Positions 17,060 to 25,369 of a DNA stretch of 64,000 nt are shown in pieces. Position 1 is the stretch's first letter; every line of letters begins with the position of its first letter. Source of the stretch: Gaiellaceae bacterium (lineage in GTDB: Bacteria; Actinomycetota; Thermoleophilia; Gaiellales; Gaiellaceae); the NCBI GenBank assembly GCA_035630545.1, contig DASQKK010000084.1, positions 3,405 through 67,404 of the forward strand, read 5' to 3'. A program made the translations under genes and the position numbers. The notes below the pieces were generated by a model that did not search any database, was not told the DNA's origin, and worked only from the letters and a program-made list of their open reading frames with translations.

Positions 17060-17917
17060 CTAATATAGCACCGAGATCGCGTCCCGCTCCGCCTCGAATG
17101 CGACGTCGGTCACGTCGCCGAGATCCTCACCGTCGAGCTGGAGCGGCAGCGGCGCGTCGCACCGGATCGCGATCCGGTCGGCGTCGTGCAGCTCGACGAG
17201 CGGCAGGCGCGTCCGGCCCGTCACGAGGTAGCGCACGGCCCCCGGGAGCGAGCGGAGGCGCAGCGACCGCGGCGCGAGCAGGTCGAGGCCGCCTTCGAGC
17301 CGTGCGCCGCGCGGCAGCCGAAGCGGCAGCCGCCCGAGATAGGTGTACGGGTCGGCGTTCGCGACGAGCGCGAAGGCGGCGCGGCCGTGCCCCTCGACCT
17401 CGAGCGCAGGGTCGAAGCGGACGCGCGTCTCTGCGAGCGTCTTCACGGCCGTCCACGCGAAGACCGCATCGCCAGGTCGCTTGCCGTCGGCCCCCCGGCC
17501 ACGCCTGTCCATGCGGCGGATGAGCTCGGCGTCGAGCCCGACCCCTGCGGCGAAGCCGAACCGGCGTCCGTTCGCGCGCCCGAGCCCGATCCGCCGCGTT
17601 CGTCCGATGGCGAGCTGCCGCGCAGCCGCGACCGGATCGCGCGGAAGCCCGAGCGCCCGCGGCATCACGCTCGTCCCACCGCCGGGGACGAAGCCGAGCA
17701 CCGTCTCCGGCCGGGCGCCGTTCAGCGCCTCGTTGAAGCCACCGTCGCCTGAGAAGACGACGACCGCCTCGGTGTCGGCGTCACGCGCGAGCTCGGTCGC
17801 ATGTCCGGCGCGCTCGGTGAAGACGACGGTCTGGGCACCGAGGGCCCCGGCGACGAGCTCGGCGAGCTCGGGTGTGACCTTGCTCGCATACGGGTTGACG
17901 ATCAGCGTCGTCCGCAT
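17060..17917 (-). CDS. diacylglycerol kinase family lipid kinase (YegS/BmrU-like)
   Basis: Last 285 aa of ORF 17060..18496. MRTTLIVNPYASK, VVVFSGDGGFNEAL, GFVPGGGTSV. Confidence 0.85.
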   Translation of the reverse strand: MRTTLIVNPYASKVTPELAELVAGALGAQTVVFTERAGHATELARDADTEAVVVFSGDGGFNEALNGARPETVLGFVPGGGTSVMPRALGLPRDPVAAARQLAIGRTRRIGLGRANGRRFGFAAGVGLDAELIRRMDRRGRGADGKRPGDAVFAWTAVKTLAETRVRFDPALEVEGHGRAAFALVANADPYTYLGRLPLRLPRGARLEGGLDLLAPRSLRLRSLPGAVRYLVTGRTRLPLVELHDADRIAIRCDAPLPLQLDGEDLGDVTDVAFEAERDAISVLY

Positions 17918-18417
17918 CAGCGCGGCGGCGCGTAGCCGCGGATCCCGTCGACGAGGATCGCGGCGAAGGAGTCGGCCAGTGCGTCCGTGTCGCGCCCGGG
18001 AGTGAGCCACGTGTACGCCCAGTTCGCGGCCGAGAGGACGAGCAGGGCGGCAGCGCCGTCGTCGAGATCGGTGCGGAGCTCGCCTCGCTCGCGGCCCTCG
18101 CGGAAGAGCGCCCGCAGCCGCTCCTCGTAGCGCCGGCGCTCGGCCACGATCTCCTCGCGGCGCTCGCCCTCGAGGTAGCGCCACTCGCGGATGAAGACGG
18201 TCGCCATGTCGAGCTGCTCGACGACGACACGGAGGTGCGCGCGGAGCGCGAGCCGGATCCGCTCGGCGGCGCCTGCGTCCTCGGGGATCGCGTCGAGACC
18301 GGCGTGGAACGCGGCCGCCCCCTCCCGCATCGTCTCGTAGAGGAGCTCCTGCTTCGAGTCCGTCAGCGAGTAGAGCGAGCCCTTCTGCACGCCCATCGCC
18401 TCGGCGAGGTCGCCCAT
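17917..18417 (-). CDS. TetR family regulator, PaaR-like; the true start is probably further upstream
   Basis: ORF track, 166 aa, begins inside the HTH (MGDLAEAMGVQKGSLYSLTDSKQELL). The in-frame upstream sequence TRRNELTRQAARLFAQKGYHGTS is HTH helix 1, but no ATG/GTG/TTG is available; a CTG or ATT lies near 18465-18501. Confidence 0.8.
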   Translation of the reverse strand: MGDLAEAMGVQKGSLYSLTDSKQELLYETMREGAAAFHAGLDAIPEDAGAAERIRLALRAHLRVVVEQLDMATVFIREWRYLEGERREEIVAERRRYEERLRALFREGRERGELRTDLDDGAAALLVLSAANWAYTWLTPGRDTDALADSFAAILVDGIRGYAPPR

Positions 18418-18502
18418 CGACGTGCCGTGGTAGCCCTTCTGCGCGAAGAGCCTGGCAGCCTGGCGGGTCAGCTCGTTCCTGCGAGTGCCGATACACTCAA
18501 TG

Positions 18503-18516
18503 CTAACGACCGTTCG
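18503..18516. promoter_or_regulatory. candidate PaaR operator (palindrome AACG-N2-CGTT)
   Basis: CTAACGACCGTTCG lies directly upstream of the paaA SD (GGGAGG). It fits the CNAACGNNCGTTNG pattern I recall for Thermus PaaR. Confidence 0.45.
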
Positions 18517-18532
18517 GCAGGGAGGCCAGACC

Positions 18533-19432
18533 GTGGAAGCGCGTGAGCAGGAGTTTCTCGACTACGTCCAGTCCGGAGGCCTCGTCGAGACCGACGACTG
18601 GATGCCCGACGAGTACCGGCGGCGGCTGATCAAGTTCATCGAGATGCACGGCAACTCGGAGCTGATGGGCGTGCTGCCCGAGCGCGACTGGATCCTCCGC
18701 GCGCCGACGCTGCAGCGAAAGCTGGCGCTGACGGCGAAGATCCAGGACGAGGTCGGCCACTGCCAGCTGATCTACCGAGTCGTCGAGGATCTCGGCAAGC
18801 CGCGGAGCGCCTGCCTCGACGATCTGGTCTCGGGCACGTCGAAGTTCCACAACGTCTTCCACTACCCGACCAAGTCCTGGGGCGACGTCGGCGTGATCGC
18901 CTGGCTCGTCGACGCGGCCGCGATCATCTCCCAGAAGGCGCTCCTCAAGTGCTCGTACGCGCCCTACGCCCGCGTGATGAAGAAGGTCTGCTGGGAGGAG
19001 TCGTTTCACATCCTCCACGGCCGCGACACCGTGCTCGCGATGGTTACGGGAACGCCGGAGCAGCGCGAGCTCGTCCAGGAGGCGCTCAACCGCTGGTGGG
19101 AGCCGCTGATGCACTTCCACGGCACCCCGATCGCGGCCGAGGAGGATCCGATGGTGATCTGGCGGATCAAGAGCCAGGGCAACGAGGACGCGCGGCAGCA
19201 GTTCCTGGAGGGCTACGTGCCGCAGATCCTCGAGCTCGGCCTCGAGATCCCAGACCCGAAGCTGCGCCGCAACGACGAGGGCGTCTGGGAGTACACCGAG
19301 CCCGACTGGGACAAGCTGCTCGCCGTCGTCACCGGCCATGGCCCGGCGTCGCAGGAGCGGCTCGACTTCCGCCGCCTCTCGCGGGCCGAAACCGACTGGG
19401 TCTCGACTGTGGTCCTCCCGGAGGCAGCGTGA
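18533..19432 (+). CDS. paaA: 1,2-phenylacetyl-CoA epoxidase subunit A
   Basis: GTG 7 nt after GGGAGG, in frame with ORF 18485..19432. Di-iron motifs DEVGHCQL and EESFHILHG. Confidence 0.92.
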   Translation: MEAREQEFLDYVQSGGLVETDDWMPDEYRRRLIKFIEMHGNSELMGVLPERDWILRAPTLQRKLALTAKIQDEVGHCQLIYRVVEDLGKPRSACLDDLVSGTSKFHNVFHYPTKSWGDVGVIAWLVDAAAIISQKALLKCSYAPYARVMKKVCWEESFHILHGRDTVLAMVTGTPEQRELVQEALNRWWEPLMHFHGTPIAAEEDPMVIWRIKSQGNEDARQQFLEGYVPQILELGLEIPDPKLRRNDEGVWEYTEPDWDKLLAVVTGHGPASQERLDFRRLSRAETDWVSTVVLPEAA

Positions 19433-19529
19433 CGTTCCCGCGCTTCCTGGCGCGTTCCTCGCGGTGCGCGGCGGGAGAGGACAGTACGGGAGTACGGATT
19501 CGGAGAGCCGCGTGCCGCGAGGGACGCGA

Positions 19530-19571
19530 GGCCGCGCCGGAGGTCGGCTTTGCCGACCGGGAGGCGCGGCC
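19530..19571. repeat. short hairpin repeat, copy B, embedded in a longer hairpin
   Basis: GGCCGCGCC-GGAG-GTCGGC-TTT-GCCGAC-CGGGA-GGCGCGGCC, within the 154-nt paaA-paaB spacer. Confidence 0.55.
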
Positions 19572-19586
19572 GGCCAGGGGGCGCGG

Positions 19587-19907
19587 GTGATCTGGGAGGT
19601 CTTCAGGCAGGAGCGCAAGGGGCAGCCGTTCACGCACGGCGGCTCGTTCCACGCGCCGGATCAGGCGTTCGCGGACGCATACGCGCGCGAGTTCTACGCG
19701 CGCCGGCAGGAGTCGGTCGCGCTCTGGGTCGTGCCGCGCGAGGCGATCACGACGATCGAGGAGTTCCCGGACGAGTTCGACCTCAAGTACCGCCGCGTCG
19801 ACGGCTACTCGATCAAGGCGAGGCTGAAGGAGGCACGCGAGCGCGTAGGCTCGACGGAGCGCTCAGGCGCGGAGATGCCGGGTTTGCCGGCGTCGGAGCG
19901 GGAATGA
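19587..19907 (+). CDS. paaB: 1,2-phenylacetyl-CoA epoxidase subunit B
   Basis: GTG in frame with ORF 19338..19907. VIWEVFRQERKGQPFTHGGSFHAPD...YARRQESVALWVV. Confidence 0.85.
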   Translation: MIWEVFRQERKGQPFTHGGSFHAPDQAFADAYAREFYARRQESVALWVVPREAITTIEEFPDEFDLKYRRVDGYSIKARLKEARERVGSTERSGAEMPGLPASERE

Positions 19908-20551
19908 ATCGCGAGCGGGCACGGCTGCTGCTGGAGATAGCTGACGACGAGCTGATCCTGGGCTGGCGCAACTCCGAGTGGACCGGGATCGCGCCATTCC
20001 TCGAGGAGGACGTCGCGTTCTCGTCGATCGCGCAGAACGAGATCGGGCACGCGCGCGCGCTGTACGACCTCGCGGCGGCCGAGCTCGGCACCGATGCGGA
20101 TGCGCTCGCCTTCGACCGCAGGCCCGCGGAGTACTGCTGCGCGCCTCTGGTGCAGCTGCGGCTCGTCCCCGACTGGGCCCGCACGATCGCGCGCCACGTC
20201 CTCTACGAGGCGGCCGATGCGATCCGGATCGAGCACCTGAAGGGGCACGAGGACGCCGAACTCGCCGGCATCGCCGCCAAGATCGACCGCGAGGAGGTCT
20301 ACCACCGGCTCCACGCCGAGATGTGGCGCGAGCGCCTGCAGGGTGAGAAGCGCTACGTGGCGGCGGTCGACGACCTGTGGCCGTACGCGCTCGGCGTGCT
20401 CACCCCGGAGCTGCGCCCGGCGCTGGCCGAGCGGCTCGGCCGCGACGAGGTCGAAGCGGTCGAGCGCTCGACGCCGGGCGACGAGTTCGCGGCGCTCTGG
20501 GAGGAGATGACGATGGTGCGGCGCTCGGCCCCGGTCGGTGCGCAATGGTGA
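19904..20551 (+). CDS. paaC: phenylacetyl-CoA epoxidase subunit C
   Basis: ATG overlaps the paaB stop (ATGA). LLEIADDELILGWRNSEW...IAQNEIGHARALY. Confidence 0.88.
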   Translation: MNRERARLLLEIADDELILGWRNSEWTGIAPFLEEDVAFSSIAQNEIGHARALYDLAAAELGTDADALAFDRRPAEYCCAPLVQLRLVPDWARTIARHVLYEAADAIRIEHLKGHEDAELAGIAAKIDREEVYHRLHAEMWRERLQGEKRYVAAVDDLWPYALGVLTPELRPALAERLGRDEVEAVERSTPGDEFAALWEEMTMVRRSAPVGAQW

Positions 20552-21030
20552 CCGAGGCCGCGGTCTGGGAGGCGCTCGCCGGGATTCCGGATCCGGAGAT
20601 CCCGGTGATCTCGCTCGTCGACCTCGGCGTCGTCAAGTCGGTCGAGGTCGAGGCCGAGCGGGTCCGGATCGAGTTCACGCCCACGTTCATGGGCTGCCCC
20701 GCGCTCGACGCGATGCGGACGCAGATGGAGGCGGCCGTGAGCGCGCTCGGCGGCGAGCCGGAGGTGGACGTCCTCCTCGACGACTCCTGGTCGACGGACC
20801 GGATCACACCGGTCGGCCGCGAGAAGCTGCGCGAGGCCGGCTTCGCGCCACCGACGCCACGGGCCGAGGGAACGCCGACGCTGCTACAGCTGCAGCAGGC
20901 CGTCCACCGCTGCCCGTACTGCGGCTCGACCGAGACGCGCCTCGACAACCTGTTCGGCCCGACGCCGTGCCGCTCGGTTCGCTACTGCACGACCTGCAAG
21001 CAGCCGTTCGAGCAGTTCAAGACGATCTGA
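20545..21030 (+). CDS. paaD: phenylacetate-CoA oxygenase subunit PaaD (PaaJ)
   Basis: ATG overlaps the paaC end. DPEIPVISLVDLGVV, C-terminal CPYCGS...CTTC. Confidence 0.88.
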   Translation: MVTEAAVWEALAGIPDPEIPVISLVDLGVVKSVEVEAERVRIEFTPTFMGCPALDAMRTQMEAAVSALGGEPEVDVLLDDSWSTDRITPVGREKLREAGFAPPTPRAEGTPTLLQLQQAVHRCPYCGSTETRLDNLFGPTPCRSVRYCTTCKQPFEQFKTI

Positions 21031-21115
21031 GGCGTTTCTCTCCGCCTGTGATGAAACGAGCGGCCTCATCGACCAGTCAAGCGACCTCGACGCCTCAAGG
21101 GCAGCGATACGCGCG

Positions 21116-21994
21116 ATGAAGGCGATCAGCGACCACGTGTACTGGTTACCGCCGGCAAAGCCCGACAGACCATCGCTGTGTGCTGTCGTCGGCGAGCACG
21201 CCACTCTGATGCTCGACGCCGGTGCTTCGGCTGCGCACGCCCGCCTCTTCCTTGACGCGCTCGCCGCCGAGGGCGTCCCGCCGCCGATCGCGGTCGTGCT
21301 CACGCACTCCGACTGGGATCACGTCTTCGGCGCCGTCGAGGTGGGCGCGCCGGTGATCGCACACCAGCTGACGGACGTCGCCCTGGCCGAGCTTGCCGCG
21401 ACCGACTGGAGCGACGAGGCGCTGGACGCGCGGGTCGCGGCGGGGGTGCGGAGCCCGGAGCACGCGGCGAACATCAAGGCGGAGATGCCCGCGCCGCGGG
21501 ACGTTCGGGTCGCGCGCGCGGACACCGTCTTCGAGCATGGACTCGACCTCGAGCTCGGCGGCACCACCGTCCAGGTTCGGCACGTCGGCGGCGACCACGC
21601 GGCCGACAGCACCGTGATCTACGTGCAGCAGGACCGGCTGCTCTTCCTCGGCGACGCCCTCTACGAGTCGACCGGCGGAGAAGCCGGAGGAGCAGCGCGC
21701 ACCCTGACCGCCGAGCGCGCGTTCCCGCTCCTCGACGCGGTCATCGCCTTCGACGCCGAGCTCTACGTCGAGGGGCACACCGACACGGTGATGCCGCGTG
21801 CGGAGGCCCTCGAGCTCCTCGCTGCGATCCGCTGGGCAGGCGAGCTCGTCAGCAAGTCCGTGGCGGACGGCCGCTTCCTCGACGAGGCGGCCGCGCTCGC
21901 GGCCGCCCGCGACGACCTCCGCTCCGAGCCCAGTGAGCTGCAAGCGGATCTCATCCGCGCGTTCCTCGCAGGCCGCCGCCCAGACGGTCCCTAA
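21116..21994 (+). CDS. MBL-fold metallo-hydrolase
   Basis: ORF track, 292 aa. THSDWDH variant of HxHxDH, GGDHAAD. Confidence 0.85.
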   Translation: MKAISDHVYWLPPAKPDRPSLCAVVGEHATLMLDAGASAAHARLFLDALAAEGVPPPIAVVLTHSDWDHVFGAVEVGAPVIAHQLTDVALAELAATDWSDEALDARVAAGVRSPEHAANIKAEMPAPRDVRVARADTVFEHGLDLELGGTTVQVRHVGGDHAADSTVIYVQQDRLLFLGDALYESTGGEAGGAARTLTAERAFPLLDAVIAFDAELYVEGHTDTVMPRAEALELLAAIRWAGELVSKSVADGRFLDEAAALAAARDDLRSEPSELQADLIRAFLAGRRPDGP

Positions 21995-22647
21995 CGCGCG
22001 ACCGTGGGGCCGCGTGCGTCGACTCGGCCCTCGCGGATGTGGATGCCAGCTCCGATTGCCGCGATGGCCGTGCTCAGCATGGCGGCCTCGGCCTCGGATT
22101 CTCGGATGCGACCGCCTTGGATTTCGTGGCTGGCTGCGTGAACGACCGCTCGGATCACGGCGAGGTGCCAGGCGACGGGGAGATCGCTCCGGAAGACGCC
22201 TTGTTTCTGGCCGCGTTCGATCAGGGGCTCGAGCTGGTCGAGCATGGGGACGTGACGGCGGCGGAGCTCCGCGGCGGAAAGCCGTGCGGTGTTGAGTGCG
22301 AGGAGACCGTGGAACTGCGCGAGTTGCCGCCAGGTGGCTCGTAGCACTCGCTCCAGCGCCTCGACCGGCTCGCCGCGGTGGGGTTCGGCGCCGCTCATCG
22401 CTTCGACGACTTGGTTGACCGCGTATTCCATGACAGCGTCGAGCAGCGACTCACGTGTCGGGAAGTGGACGTAGATCGTGGCGCGGACGACGCCTGCGCG
22501 GCGAGCGATCTCCGACATGCTGCTGTCGGGATCGCTCGCCAGCGCTTCGAGGGCGGCGTCGAGGATGGCGGCGACGCTGCGTTCCGCGTCGGCCCGGCGG
22601 CGCTTCGGGGCTGACGTGTCGGCGGGTGTCGTCGGTCGTGCCATCAT
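21991..22647 (-). CDS. TetR family transcriptional regulator
   Basis: ORF track, 218 aa. SMSEIARRAGVVRATIYVHFPTRESLL. Confidence 0.9.
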   Translation of the reverse strand: MMARPTTPADTSAPKRRRADAERSVAAILDAALEALASDPDSSMSEIARRAGVVRATIYVHFPTRESLLDAVMEYAVNQVVEAMSGAEPHRGEPVEALERVLRATWRQLAQFHGLLALNTARLSAAELRRRHVPMLDQLEPLIERGQKQGVFRSDLPVAWHLAVIRAVVHAASHEIQGGRIRESEAEAAMLSTAIAAIGAGIHIREGRVDARGPTVAR

Positions 22648-24146
22648 CAGTGGCTCGGCATCGCGCTGGGGTTCAGCCGCAGCTTCGGCACGAAGTGGTG
22701 TGCCCGCGGCAGCACGGCCAGAGCAACCATGCTCGCGACACTAGCGAGGAGCCCAGCTGCGACGAAGGCGTGCGCGATCCCGGACGCGGCCTGCGGTCCG
22801 GCGATTGCGCCGCTGCCGGCTGCGATCGTGGAGAAAATCGCGATTCCCAGAGTGCCGCCGATCTCGTGGCCGGTCGAGTTGAGGCCGGAGATCATTCCGG
22901 TCTCCTCGTCGCGGGCGCCGGTGAGGATGGCGATCGAGACGGAGACGACGGCGACGCCGAGTCCGAGTCCGGCGACGAGCATTCCGGGCAAGACATCGTG
23001 GAGATAGCTGCCGTTCTCTCCCACGTGGGCGAGCATGGTCATCCCGGCCGCGGCGATCAGGAAGGCGGCGGCGAGTGGGCCGCGGACGCCGTGCTTGCTG
23101 ACGATGTGCCCGGCCGCGTGGGCGCCGACTCCTGCCGCGAGCGCGAGTGGGATGAAGGCGAGGCCGGTGGAGAGCGGGCCCCATCCGAGCACGTTCTGCA
23201 GATAGAGCGAGCTGAGCAGGAAGAGGCCGAAGATGGAGCCGGCTGCGGCGAGCATCAGGAAGAGGCCGCCGCCGACGGCCCGATCGGCCAGCCGCTCGAT
23301 CCGCAGGAGCGGCGTCTCGGTCCGGCGCTCGAGGGCCGCGAAAGCGGCGAGGCCGGCGAGGCCGCCGAGGCCGAACAGGTGGCTCTGGGCGGACGTCCAA
23401 CCTTCGCCCTCGGCCTGGGTGATAGCGAAGACGATTGCGCCGAGGCTCGTGGTTGCGAGCACGGCGCCGCGGAGGTCGAGCCCATTCCAATGGGGCTTGC
23501 CGGTGTCGGCGGGGATGGTCTTCAGCGCGGCGATCGCGAGGGCGGCTGCGACGGGGAGGTTGACGTAGAAGATCGTCCGCCAGTCGGTGAACTCGGTGAG
23601 GACGCCGCCGACGAGGACACCAATCGCAGCGCCTGCGCCGCCGACTGCGCCCCAGGCGGCGAGCGCCTTCGCCCGCTGCTTGCCCTGGAAGGCGGACATG
23701 ATGATCGCGAGGGCGGCGGGGGAGAGCATCGCTGCACCGACTCCCTGGCCTGCGCGAGCGGCGAAGAGCGCACCTGCGGTGCCGGCCATCGCGGACGCAA
23801 ACGAGGACACGGTGAAGACGCCGAGACCGGTCAGGAACATCCGGCGCCGACCGAGCAGATCGGCTGCCCGCCCGCCGAAGAGCAGCAGGCTGCCGAAGAT
23901 GAGCGAGTAGCTCGTGATCGTCCAGCTGATGCTCGATCCGGTCAGCTCGAGGTCGCTGGCCAGGCTGGGCAGCGCGATGTTCACCGCGGTGATGTCGAGG
24001 ATGACCATCAGCTGAGCAATTAGCAGCACGAACAACAGGAGACCGCTCTTGCGGGTGGTCGGCTCGGGATGGGCGGTGCCGTGACGATGGCGGCGGCCAT
24101 GACCCCGCTTCGGTGCTGACGTGGCGGGCTTGTGTCGTTGCAGCAT
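22647..24146 (-). CDS. MFS transporter, DHA2 (EmrB/QacA-like, 14-TMS) efflux family
   Basis: ORF track, 499 aa. LDITAVNIALPS, GRAADLLGRRRMF. Overlaps the TetR start by 1 nt. Confidence 0.92.
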   Translation of the reverse strand: MLQRHKPATSAPKRGHGRRHRHGTAHPEPTTRKSGLLLFVLLIAQLMVILDITAVNIALPSLASDLELTGSSISWTITSYSLIFGSLLLFGGRAADLLGRRRMFLTGLGVFTVSSFASAMAGTAGALFAARAGQGVGAAMLSPAALAIIMSAFQGKQRAKALAAWGAVGGAGAAIGVLVGGVLTEFTDWRTIFYVNLPVAAALAIAALKTIPADTGKPHWNGLDLRGAVLATTSLGAIVFAITQAEGEGWTSAQSHLFGLGGLAGLAAFAALERRTETPLLRIERLADRAVGGGLFLMLAAAGSIFGLFLLSSLYLQNVLGWGPLSTGLAFIPLALAAGVGAHAAGHIVSKHGVRGPLAAAFLIAAAGMTMLAHVGENGSYLHDVLPGMLVAGLGLGVAVVSVSIAILTGARDEETGMISGLNSTGHEIGGTLGIAIFSTIAAGSGAIAGPQAASGIAHAFVAAGLLASVASMVALAVLPRAHHFVPKLRLNPSAMPSH

Positions 24147-24166
24147 CTCGTGCTCCTCTCTCTAAC

Positions 24167-24210
24167 TCAGACAGTGTTGTCTGAGCTAATAAATCAGACA
24201 CTGTTGTCCA
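24167..24210. promoter_or_regulatory. tandem operator-like palindromes upstream of the MFS-TetR operon
   Basis: TCAGACA-GTGT-TGTCTGA (24167..24184, perfect 7-bp arms) and TCAGACA-CTGT-TGTCCA (24194..24210), in a locally AT-rich stretch 20-65 nt upstream of the MFS ATG. Confidence 0.5.
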
Positions 24211-24529
24211 TGTCAAGAGCCGCATCCGAGCAACAGGATGCGGCGGAGGGGAAGCAGGGGAGTACCGTGGCTCTCGTGACACCCGGCCGATCATGATCGC
24301 GATCACGCTCGTCGCGATCGTGAGCACCCGTGCGTTCCGTCGAAGCGGTTGTCCAGGCGCAACAATCCTCGGTCCGTTGGGCCTCTGAGCTTTCGCCGAG
24401 TGACCTGTTCAGGCGGCCGCGACCGGCAACGCTCCGCTACGGCACCCTTGAGAGGCGTGGAAGATCCGACAGGAGCCCGGGTATGCGCGTAACGGTGCTC
24501 GAGAACTGCTCATCTGCAGCGAGTTTGAG

Positions 24530-24694
24530 TTGAAGAATCTCCCTGACGTGCCCGACTGGACGGACGAGAATCGGTCCGATCCGGGCGTGACGTTCGCACA
24601 GCTGTTCCCCTGGCTCGCCGGCGCGCTTCTGTTCGCGTTCGGCCTGCGCGCGCACCTCACGCGCCGGCGTGGCCGCAGACGCCCCAAGCCCTGA
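24530..24694 (+). CDS. possible small membrane protein (48-54 aa)
   Basis: TTG at 24530 or GTG at 24548 gives (LKNLPD)VPDWTDENRSDPGVTFAQLFPWLAGALLFAFGLRAHLTRRRGRRRPKP. One TM helix plus an Arg-rich tail. Third-position GC is high. No clear SD. Below the track length cut-off. Confidence 0.3.
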   Translation: MKNLPDVPDWTDENRSDPGVTFAQLFPWLAGALLFAFGLRAHLTRRRGRRRPKP

Positions 24695-24853
24695 CGACGC
24701 GCTTACAGTTTCCTCACTGCGCTTGACCCGTTCGGGTCTGGGCGGTGCGGGTCTGCCATGACGAAGATTGCCCGCTGAAGCGAATCAGGCGCCCCCGCCG
24801 GGTGGTCCCGTCTCTATGCCCCGGTGAACAGCGCCGTCTGGAGGTACTCGAGC

Positions 24854-25369
24854 ATGACCCGACGCCCACCTCGTGGCGCACCGAACGCCGTCGTCGCACT
24901 GCTCGCGCTCGTACTCGCGAGCGCGATCCTCGCTGCGCCAGGAAGCGCGGCCGCCGACCCGCACAAGCCGCTCAGGAAGCACGCGGCGAAGAGGCACGTC
25001 GAGAAGCGGGTGAGTCCCGGCCTGCGGGCCGTTCGGATCGCGAGCAAGCTCACCGGCATCCCGTACCGCTGGGGCGGCGCCTCGCCGGGGGCCGGCTTCG
25101 ACTGCTCCGGGCTCGTCCGGTACGTGTACGGAAAGGTCGGGATCGACCTTCCTCACTACGCCGCCGGCCAATACGGGCGCGGGCGTCGCATCTCGCGCCA
25201 CTCGCTGCGGGCGGGCGACCTCGTCTTCTTCTCCGGTCTCGGCCATGTCGGCATCTACGCCGGCGCCGGGAAGTTCATCCACGCGCCGCGGAGTGGCACG
25301 ACCGTCCGCTGGTCGCGGCTCTCGTCGCACGCGAGCTACTACGGCGCCACGCGCCTCTTCGCGGCCTAG
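24854..25369 (+). CDS. NlpC/P60 (C40) family cell-wall peptidase
   Basis: ATG 9 nt after GGAGG, in frame with ORF 24824..25369. Signal peptide present. GIPYRWGGASPGAGFDCSGLVRYVY and GHVGIY. Confidence 0.88.
   Translation: MTRRPPRGAPNAVVALLALVLASAILAAPGSAAADPHKPLRKHAAKRHVEKRVSPGLRAVRIASKLTGIPYRWGGASPGAGFDCSGLVRYVYGKVGIDLPHYAAGQYGRGRRISRHSLRAGDLVFFSGLGHVGIYAGAGKFIHAPRSGTTVRWSRLSSHASYYGATRLFAA

Noticed and set aside
24390-24520. Listing a c-di-AMP (ydaO) riboswitch as a feature
   Set aside because: Only the 3' conserved block is partly matched (AUCCGACAG, CGUAA), and the 5' blocks are poor. It is kept as a hypothesis in the findings rather than called as a feature, pending a covariance-model search.
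24330-24533. 67-aa ORF in the NlpC/P60 upstream region, and the antisense ORFs at 24409..24687 and 24437..24655
   Set aside because: No SD, low-complexity Arg/Ser-rich products, and the region is heavily base-paired. It is more likely RNA structure than protein.
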